Assembly: GCF_006345805.1 (NCBI RefSeq)
Contig: NC_043002.1
Location: 35,774,001 to 35,838,000, forward strand
Direction: 5' to 3'
Length of the DNA: 64,000 bases
Source: Octopus sinensis
Lineage: Eukaryota
Position 1 is the first letter of the stretch, and each line of letters begins with the position of its first letter. The position numbers and the translations under genes were made by a program. Below, piece after piece: positions 54,016 to 64,000 of the stretch. The notes under the pieces were generated by a model that was given only the letters and a program-made list of their open reading frames with translations, had not been told where the DNA came from and searched no databases.

Positions 54016-57000
54016 CATATAGAAAGAGAGAGAGAGAAAGGGAGAGAGAGAAAGAAAGGAGAGAAAGAGAGTGATGAGAATTGGTGAGAATGGGTGAGAG
54101 AGAGAAAGAGAAAGAGGAAAGACTAATATACTGGCACAGACAATTCCCTTATTCATAAGTACACCTTATGGCTTAAGAGCTTCGTACAAGTTTGATCCCA
54201 TTACGCAGTACCTTCTTCCATAACTTCGGATTGACTCGAGCTTTGTGAGCGAAATATATTTCACAGGAGCAATGCAGAAGCCCGCTTGTTTCAATGTAAT
54301 TGTTGAGTTGTGGTTCACCACTTGCTACTCAACAGTCTTTTTTAGATCATGGATCCTACCCATCTTTCTCTGAATAAACCGTTAAAAGATCGATATTTCA
54401 CTTTACTGCTAGCACTTTACTTTGCCTTTCAAAGCCCACTGAAGCTGACTTTACATTCGATGCTTCCAGGTACTTGAGTCGATATAATGTGCGACTTTGT
54501 GTCCAATTTCAAAGCCAATTTATCACTAAGGGATGTCATATTAATGGAATCGTTAGACAGTTGGACAAAATACCTTGTTTCATTTCTTCTTGTTCTTTAC
54601 TTTCTAAGAACATATCTCATCGTGGTAAACTTTGCGTTCATCATTTTAGGGTCGATAAAATAAAGTAACACTCAGGTACTAGAGATGATGTAATCCACTA
54701 GTCCCTTTTAATCAAAATTGCTTGCGTTGTGCATTAATTAAAAGCACTACCGAACACTTGTTTTATGGTTGCGATACAATAATTTTTTTCTGTCTTTTTC
54801 CATTTCTTTATCTACAAGGTACCGCCGCCACGTGTCCTTCTGATGGAATATGAAGAAACACTACGTGTGAGAAATATGAATCGTTGTAACCTACGAAAGA
54901 AACCGACCTTAAGAGAGACAAAGTAAAATTAACATATAGACAGTAAGATAAATAAAGTATACAGACTGCATATAGACAAATAAATATGCATTACAGAGAT
55001 ATATAAACGCGAAACAGTGAATTAACTTCTTTACAACACAAATATAGTGCGGTGTTGGTGGTGGGGAAGTCAGTAGGTGCATCTTCTGTTAAATGTAAAT
55101 CACTAGAATGTTAAGATAATATGACAGCTCCTGAATATGTTGTCCTACTTTGATGTGATAGTTTCTAGGTCATTATCACAACTCCTGAGAGGGTGTTTCA
55201 CAAGAGCGATATTGGTCAACTTTTATTTAAGCCTAGCGTGTCAAATTTTTAATTTATTTAATAATTCTAATATATTGAGTGTCACATATATAGATTTATG
55301 TTTGTAGATAAGATTTTTACAATATAATATTGCTAGAAGATTTTTATTTTCAAAGTCCATCCATACCAAAGTCACCCAAAAATCTGTAACATGTCATAGG
55401 TTCACTATCTGTACACTAAAATGATATTAGCGTTAAGGTAATGTAGCAGCTACAAGGGTTGTTGTGCCACTTCAGAATTTCCAGAATACTCTGGTAGCTT
55501 CTCATGAAGGAGAAGTGTATCGCATAACAGTATTGTAGTTATTAGTTTTCTAAGCTGGTTCTAGACTAATCTATCTCAGGACAAGCGACATTTTGATGTC
55601 TATCTTTTCATGTGGGCATTACTTCGTATCCTATTATCATTTTATGAAACATTAATTATCTATCTCACAAGAGCGGGATAAACGTAGTACAATAATATTA
55701 ATATATGCTTGACTGTTATTAATTAGTAAGAGGGTTAATTAACTTAACCACTGTAGAACAGGATTCGCGACAGACGAACTGCAGACAGAAACTTCGCTGC
55801 GGGCTAGCTCGGAAGGTGGTCAGCAGAAAACCAAAAAAAAAAACTTCCAGTAGAAGAAAAACAAAAAGAATGTCAACAGTGAGTGTGAAACGAATCTGAA
55901 TGAACTAAACAGAAATAACTGACTACTTAAGCCCTGATGTACGTAAAGTAATAAACCTTTGATAAATGTCTTCTCGTCTCCACTAGTTTGTTTGCGTATA
56001 GCTTACCAAAGCTTTAATAACTAAAGACACCAACGGTTTTAAGTAGTAATGTTAAACTAGTACAAAGAACAACAAGGCCGTCATAGCAGTATTGTATGCC
56101 CCGAGCAAATCAGTACTGGACCATATAGTATTTATTTATTGACAGCAAGGTAAAGCATAAATAGGTCAGAAGTGGGACCCTAGAAACGACACTGAAGAAC
56201 ATATATAAATACATACGTTTAGGGTTATTAATTGTACATCAAAATCAAAGATCATGACGATGAACGACAATTAGGTCTTTATGGAGACGAATGTACCAGC
56301 GTCCGTATGTACTGTGAACTACCTTTCACCAATTTAAGAAGTTGTTTCCCTTAATGTGAAGGCGATCAAATTGAAAGCATGTGGTATAGTCAAACGTCTT
56401 GGATTATCTTTTACTGCAAGAGAGCTCACGTTTAATATAAATACTGTTCCATTTTTGAAATGGTCCAAATTAACATATTTTATAGGGTATGTAAATGAGA
56501 TGTGTGATATGCGTGCATTTTCCTAACAACAAGTCTAGAACAGGTGAGTGAAATAATCAAACCATCATCGGTTTGCTTATATCACTTCCCCAGCAAAATA
56601 CCCGTCTTTAATTAACAAAAGAAAAAAAAAACAGCTCTATATAAAATTTAATAATAATTCATATTTAATTATAATTATATAACAACAAAATCCAAGAAAA
56701 AGCAGTAAAAAATGATCTACGTTAATAATTTGGCTTAATTTGTTAATGTTAATTTTATAAATTTGGTTAAGCGAGCCAAATCCTTGCTTAATACAAACAA
56801 AATTATAACGAATGAGAAAAAAATTTAAACTTGCGAAGTCATTTAGACCGAGAGGCTCTAAGCCAATGAGTTTCTGTCCTTATGACTTCCTGGCACACTG
56901 GAAATCAAATAAAAAATTATTGGCGCATTTCACATGGAAAATTAAATACACACACACACACCACACACACACTCACACGCGCGTGCGCGGAGAAAGAGAG

Positions 57001-57479
57001 AGAAGGAGAGAGAATGCAAGTGCAGAGAGGAAGTGGAAAACAGCTCTCACGTTCAGCGAGAGACAGAGAGAGTGTTATTTATGATCGTAACACCTGGACT
57101 CCTCATTTTGTTATTGCAATAACACGTTTCCGATCAGCAGACGGTATTTTAGGTAACACTTTGTATCCAATCTGACGATCAAATGATCAAGAACGTAAAA
57201 TTTAAATAATCAGATGGGGTGGGGGTGGGGGGTCATCATGTGTGTGCGTGTGCGCGCGTGTGTTATGCGTGTGTGTATAGAGAGAAACATGGGGAGAGAG
57301 AGGAGGAGAGATAGAGTGAGAGAGAGGAGAGAGACAGACAGAGTGAGAGAGACAGACAGAGTGAGAGAGACAGACAGAGTGAGAGAGACAGACAGAGTGA
57401 GAGAGAGAGACAGAGTGAGAGAGAGAGATGTGTATACATATATTAAATTTTAAAAATGATCTTGTTTCCGACATTAGAC

Positions 57480-58060
57480 CGCTGCATATTGGATTTAGTC
57501 GAACAAATCATCCAAAGGACTTTTTTTTAAAACTTGGTACTTATTCTAGTAGTATCTCTTGCCGAACCACTAAATTTTGGGGACGTAAACAATCCAACAT
57601 CGGTTGTCAAACGGCGGTGGTGGACAAACACAAACAGAAACAAAACGTTATACATACATACATGCATGCATACATACATACATACATATATACATACATA
57701 CATATATACATACATACATATATACATACATACATACATACATACATACATACATACATACATACATGCATGCATGCATACATACATGCATGCATGCATG
57801 CATGCATACATACATACATACATACATACATACATACATACATACATACATACATGCATGCATGCATACATACATGCATGCATGCATGCATGCATACATA
57901 CATACATACATACATACATACATACATACATACATACATACATACATACATACGTAGGTACGTACGTATGTATGTATAAATGATAGGCATCTTTCAGTTT
58001 CCGTCAACCAAATCCACTCACAAAGCTTTGGAAGGCGCGAAGCTAAATTAGAAGACGTTG
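57480..58060 (-). mobile_element. SINE with internal microsatellite expanded to about 320 bp of (CATA/CATG)n
   Basis: Flanks CTTTCAGTTTCCGTCAACCAAATCCACTCACAAAGC and GGGGACGTAAAC...CATCGGTTGTCAA are the reverse complement of the 51370 family. Confidence 0.85.
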
Positions 58061-58499
58061 TTTAACTTACTTTACTAATCATAGTTGTTTATAACAAAGT
58101 TATAGCAAGGTTTTGAAGAAAGCTTAGGTATTAGCATCGATTTTATAATGCCTTACATTATATTTTTTTTTAATCCGCAGCTCACCGTTTGACAACCATG
58201 GTTCTAAGATGTAACTTATGACTAAAGCTGATATTGTGAAATGACTAGTATACGTGTTTAAAGATATATAGTCGCATGAGAGAATGATTAAAAAATTTAG
58301 TTCACAGCTATTACACCCCTGAGTCCTCTTGCTTGTCCGAACCATGTGACAAACATGGTGTAGAATGAAACTGTCTGTTGGGTAGACCGTATTTATTTAT
58401 CAAAGAAGCAAAAAAGGATAAACAACCTTTCCCGAACCATAGGATCATAAGGCAGGTTTCTCGGATTCTGTGGCGTATATATATATCTTCCCTACTTCC

Positions 58500-58677
58500 A
58501 GATGGAACACCGGTCCTTTGCGCAATTACTCATTTTTGCCAGCTGAGTGGACTGCTGAACGGATATGGGGGGATGGGCCATTTTGCTCAAGAACAAAACA
58601 ATTCGCTCAGTGCTGGAACGAAATCACAATCCTACGAAAAATGAATGTAACAACTTAACCACTTAGCCATGCACCTC
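58500..58677 (-). mobile_element. Degenerate V-domain-type SINE
   Basis: CTCATTTTTGCCAGCTGAGTGGACTG and TTGCTCAAG...AACCACTTAGCCATGC match copy B at 37433. Confidence 0.7.
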
Positions 58678-58890
58678 TTCTTGGTGGATATATAATTATA
58701 TATAATTCAAAGGAAATTGAGTTACAATGTTTTACTGCTTCTGACTGATAATTACCAGAAATGTTTGGAATACTCAGACATTTACATTATAATTTCAATG
58801 AGTATGAGGCTTGAGTGATAGAACAACTGGAATATTCATATGCCGAAATCGACATACAGTTCAAAGTATATGGTGTAAGAGAACTAGGTG

Positions 58891-59071
58891 TACTAGCATA
58901 GCTAGAGTGTGTGCCGCCTGGGGCTGCTCTTCCGTTTGCCGCCCCCGAAGCCCATAAAAAAAAACACATTGCCTACAGCAATAACCTACAACAGGATGAA
59001 AAGTGCCGCCCCATTAAACGTGCAGCCCGAAGCGGACCGCCCCTACCGCTCCACCCCCAGCTACGCTAGTG
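58891..59071. mobile_element. 181-bp MITE with 8-bp TSD (hAT-like)
   Basis: TIRs TACTAGCATAGCTAG / CCAGCTACGCTAGTG; direct repeat ACTAGGTG at 58883-58890 and 59072-59079. Confidence 0.88.
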
Positions 59072-59097
59072 ACTAGGTGAATATGGTATTACATAAG

Positions 59098-59187
<90 letters not shown>

Positions 59188-59654
59188 CGTTGAGTTTCTA
59201 CACAGAAAACTTCCACCCAAATTACTCCAGTCTGATATAAACTAGCAGACCAGCAGCAAATGACTGGCATTTTCTTCTATCCACTTCATGCTACTGTGTC
59301 AACTAAGCAGCTATATGTGGTCGCTTGTGGCACTAGTAATAGTAGCCAGTGTCCTCAAATTACGTACATACTTTCATTTATAAAAGAAAAGGGCTCTGCG
59401 CCATGTGATCCTAGCTGCACTGGAAAAAACAAAACCCAGCTGGAAGCTCACAGCTGAAATACATTTTAATCATTTGCTCTGCTCAATTATGTTTGACCTA
59501 TTATTGCTTAACCACAACGGCTTCCTATCGAAGAATCTGAGCTGCTCAGGACTACCGAAGCATTACATGAGCATGGAATATATTAAATAGTTGAAATGAA
59601 AAGGTCCCAAATGTGATTCGAAACCAAATCATAGGAACCAATATTGAGTCCCAT

Positions 59655-60287
<633 letters not shown>

Positions 60288-60542
60288 AAAAATAAGGGTG
60301 AAAAAATTAGATATTAATTTAATAATACCATCAATTTAACACCAAGTGGCTTAGCGCATAAAAACCAGGGATACAATAAAAACTTATACACAAATATAAG
60401 AGAGTGTCCACTATGTGGTCGACTCTTGCGCAAAAAATAGATCCGCTATGGTCTCAACCACCAAGAATTGTTTCCAAGGAGAAATAGCACAACTATGAGC
60501 GTAAACGAGCAGGACAAATGAAAAATAACATAAATGTAGATT

Positions 60543-60621
60543 AATTCTAGACAATTGATTCGCTATTAATGAATTATGCAATTTTACTTACATAATATAT
60601 CCATAGCTCATCAATAGAATT
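60543..60621 (-). ncRNA. Hammerhead copy with two core substitutions (probably inactive)
   Basis: Minus strand: AATTCTA-TTGATGA-GCTAT...ATAGC-GAAT-CAATTG-TC-TAGAATT; changes at 60614 and 60558 relative to the plus copy. Confidence 0.8.
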
Positions 60622-60950
60622 TGTCTTGGATACAATTTACTAAACTGCACGCTAGATTTTAACATAACGTCAAACACACGTGTGGTTTAGTCAATTATAT
60701 TCGCAGTTATGATTCGAATGCCCTCGCTATAGCGCGCAAAAAATCCAAATTAATATCTAATTTTTTCACCCTTATTTTTGATTTTAATTATACTGCAGAA
60801 AATTTTTTATGCAGTATTTGTTTCCGGGATTTTGGCGCGCTATAGCGAGGGCATTCGAATCATAACTGCGAATATAATTGACTATACCACACGTGTGTTT
60901 GACGTTATGTTAAATTCTAGCGTGCGGTTTAGTAAATTGTATCCAAGACA

Positions 60951-61029
60951 AATTCTACTGATGAGCTATGGATATATTATGTAAGTAAAATTGCATAATT
61001 CATTAATAGCGAAACAATTGTCTAGAATT
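60951..61029 (+). ncRNA. Intact type I hammerhead ribozyme
   Basis: AATTCTA-CTGATGA-GCTAT...ATAGC-GAAA-CAATTG-TC-TAGAATT. 7-bp stem I, 5-bp stem II base extended by ATTATGTAA/TTGCATAAT, palindromic stem III, GUC triplet (cut after 61022). Confidence 0.92.
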
Positions 61030-62059
61030 AATCTACATTTATGTTATTTTTCATTTGTCCTGCTTGTTTACGCTCATAGTTGTGCTAATTCTCCTTGGAA
61101 ACAATTCTTGGTGGTTGAGACCATAGCGGATCTATTTTTAGCGCAAGAGTCGACCACATAGTGGACACTCTCTTATATTTGTATATATATATATATATAT
61201 ATATACGTGTGGCCGACATCAAAGACATTTAAAGTTACCAACTTGTTCCATGTATTTCTTTATACCGTGTTCCTGTCAAATGATATTACGGCCTTCTGAG
61301 TAGGGTCATATTAGATGGAATACAACTTATCCATCTATACCAACATCAAGTGGAACCAGAACTAGTATTATTTTGGAGTGTTATTCATACAAAACAACAA
61401 TTAAAATAAAAGAAGCAGAATGATGTGAGACGTCATACCACCATTCACAGAACAACGCATGTTATGTTTTTCTTTTATTCCCTTGTTCTCCCCTCTTGTT
61501 TTTCTAAATTATCTCAAACAAAGAAATATTTCTTACGAAGAAACAAAACAATGAAAGCTACCAGAAAGAAGAATTAGACTAGTCAGAGTTCTTGATATCC
61601 GGAGACATTTATGGGATAAGAGAAAGGAAATGATGTTAACTGATGAAAAGTTGAAACCGAATCTTTCAATCAGCTAGATAGAGCTAACTTCTTTCTGTGC
61701 CGATATCACATTTAAAATATAACTGTTTTTCTTTTTTTAAAAGTTACTTTTATCAGGATGACAAATGTTGTAAAATTAACCAATTGCACTATTTTAGTGA
61801 TATTTGTATTAAAAGACACAATCCCTGTATTCAACTTGTACTTTGTTTGTCAACTTCAACAATGGACGGCAAACGTTCACTTTGGGCGTAGAGAACTGTT
61901 AGAGACGGCAACGTTGAACTCAGGGCGTAGAGAACCGTTATGAAAGTCATTCTATTCGATGCTCTAATTGCTTTTAAGTGCTTCTTCATTGGATGCTTAC
62001 TTGGCTATTTGCACGCTCTCAAAAAAAATTAAATTAAATTATTCTGTATAATGGTTTTG

Positions 62060-62223
62060 AATTTTGGTACAAGGCCATCAAGTTTGCTACTTACTTTATC
62101 GACTCCGAAAGGATGAAAAGCAAAATTGACCCCAGTAGAATTTGAACGCAAACGTAAAGACGGACGAAATATCGCTAAGCATTTTGCCCGGCGTGCTAAC
62201 GATTCTGCCAGCTCACGGCCTTA
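62060..62223 (-). mobile_element. SINE, minus strand, partly deleted
   Basis: Reverse complement of AAGGCCGTGAGCTGGCAGAATCGTTAGCACGCCGGG...TTTCATCCTTTCGGAGTCGATAAA. Confidence 0.87.
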
Positions 62224-62659
62224 AGCAATTCTGTATAATAAATGTTGTTCTTGCTGCTTAGCTCCAGGTTAATCCTGCTCCACTGAAAGAGTTCCAGCCA
62301 CGAAAAATACCACGTCATTTTCAGATGTGGTACATCCAATGTATTTCTCCATTTTAGACTGTAGGGCATGATTTAAGAGAGATTTAGCTGCTGTTTCTCG
62401 AAGACTGAGTAATTTGAGTGTTTTTGATCTGTCATTTTGTCCCCTATCCACTTGACCATTCGCACTCTCTTAAAGATGGCTTCAACGTCGGACAAGACGA
62501 TTAACATACAGTGGTTCGATCAACTGAATGTTCGATTCATGAATGATATACGTTGTTGCGTTGCTCCGGATCTGCCTTGATGGATCTGATCTATGACTAA
62601 CGTCCTTCTAACCATGTCGGTTTCCTCTATTTTCAGATATAATATATCTGAAATTATAC

Positions 62660-63068
62660 AGCGAGCTGGCAGAAACGTTAGCACGCCGGGCGAAATGTGT
62701 AGCCGTATTTCGTCTGCCGTTACGTTCTGAGTTCAAATTCCGCCGAGGTCGACTTTGCCTTTCATCCTTTCGGGATCGATAAATTAAGTACCAGTTATGC
62801 ACTGGGGTCGATGTAATCGACTTAATCCGTTTGTCTGTCCTTGTTTGTCCTCTCTGTGTTTATCCCCTTATGGGTAGTAAAGAAATAGGTATTTTGTCTG
62901 CCGCTACGTTCTGAGTTCAAATTCCGCCGACGTTGACTTTCATCCTTTCGAGGTCGATTAAATAAGTACCAATTACGCACTGGGGTCGATATAATCGACT
63001 TAATCCGTTTGTCTGTCCTTGTTTGTGCCCTCTGTGTGTATCCCCTTGTGGGCAGTAAAGAAATAAGA
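62660..63068 (+). mobile_element. SINE with duplicated body
   Basis: GCGAGCTGGCAGAAACG head plus two body units ending GTAAAGAAATA; same layout as 27745. Confidence 0.92.
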
Positions 63069-64000
63069 TATAATATATTTAGGACTAAATTATTATTATT
63101 TGTTCTTTCTATCTAAGATAGCAAAGTGTGGTTTTTTGAAGATTAGGCTACTTTTCTTGCACATCGTGCGACAACGTTGAGGCTCCCATATAAGTTCCAG
63201 ACGGATAGGCGCTATTTAATTTCCTCACTCTGAAGGGAGTGTGTTGACTGAGAACGTCAGAAATACTTTTTAGAATCTTTGACAATGGAAAATTTTTCTT
63301 TGTCTTTTGCACGAAATGCATGCAGTTAAGTGGGGGATAGCATATAAAGTACAGTGACTCAAAAAGAAATTATAACCAATGAAATTAAACCATTTAATGA
63401 GTAGAAAACGAGTAAGCGTTTCTTTGATGGAAGGTAATGGAAATAATTTCATCTGCTTAAAACTTTTAGAATATTTGACCACAAAACCACAGCGATGATA
63501 TCAGAGAAACCGATGTTACGTGTACAAAGGACAATGTAACATTGTTGACCTGAATAGCTGGATAAACGACCAATCAATTGCCATCAAAATAGAGAAGTAC
63601 TTCTAATAGAGGACGTGGAGTAAATTATTTCGTGTCATTCACTCAAGTAATCGTATACAACACTCCTACATCCTGCTCATATTATTGTTTAGTCCCAGTT
63701 CAATCCTGACCTAGCAGATCTATAATTAAAAAGTATTACAACTATGATTGTCCGTTTGCTATTTTTCTTATTTTTCTCTTTTTAGTTTGTTGTTGTTGTT
63801 GCTGTTGTTGTTGAAACACAGTATATCTATACAGAACTGCATAATTCAACAGATCTTTGTTTTTCTTTTCTAAGACTGTAGGGTGTGCTTTAATGTGGAT
63901 TTGGCTGCCATTTCTAGCGACCACGTAGAGGTTCTCTAGTTGACTCGCCTGAACAGTAGTGACACTTGAGGAGTAGTTAACATTTGACGTCCTAAATCCT

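Larger units (their letters stand above)
60288..61182. mobile_element. ORF-less hammerhead-bearing inverted repeat (Penelope pLTR / retrozyme-like) between two (TA)n runs
   Basis: Arms 60390-60746 and 60827-61182 differ at roughly ten positions by eye; there is a second 33-bp inverted pair at 60288-60320 / 60747-60779. Confidence 0.85.

Noticed and set aside
54835-54890. Hammerhead-like CTGATGG...GAAACACTACGTGTG
   Set aside because: Core mismatch, no stem II, non-cleavable triplet and poor stem I; at best an old relic.
56850-57160. Possible plus-strand first exon (CCAAT at about 56863, AG/GTAAC at about 57152)
   Set aside because: Only short generic motifs; insufficient without transcript data.

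Overview
Eukaryotic, AT-rich, microsatellite-saturated DNA, not prokaryotic. The tRNA-derived SINE families and the repeat landscape look like an octopus (coleoid cephalopod) genome; this is inferred from memory, not from a search. Almost all ORFs in the supplied track are microsatellite translations. The real content is a graveyard of decayed mobile elements: four Penelope-like retroelements (RT and/or GIY-YIG), R4/Dong-like LINEs piled up in trinucleotide repeats, RTE remnants, a Tc1/mariner copy, nested Helitrons with PIF1 helicase relics, two MITEs with 8-bp target-site duplications (TSDs), and many SINEs. No intact transposon ORF and no secure host gene were found. There is one candidate minus-strand terminal exon (10622-10897) and one promoter-like motif cluster (about 45370-45460) upstream of a possible THAP relic. 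The most notable signal is non-coding: several type I hammerhead ribozymes with palindromic stem III and long stem II. One is fully intact (60951-61029) and sits in a roughly 0.9-kb ORF-less, (TA)n-flanked inverted repeat whose junctions suggest a tandem or circular monomer of about 506 nt (retrozyme-like). Two local duplications also look like SINE insertions resolved by homology with a neighbouring SINE. All alignments, folds and coordinates were done by eye, and element boundaries are approximate.
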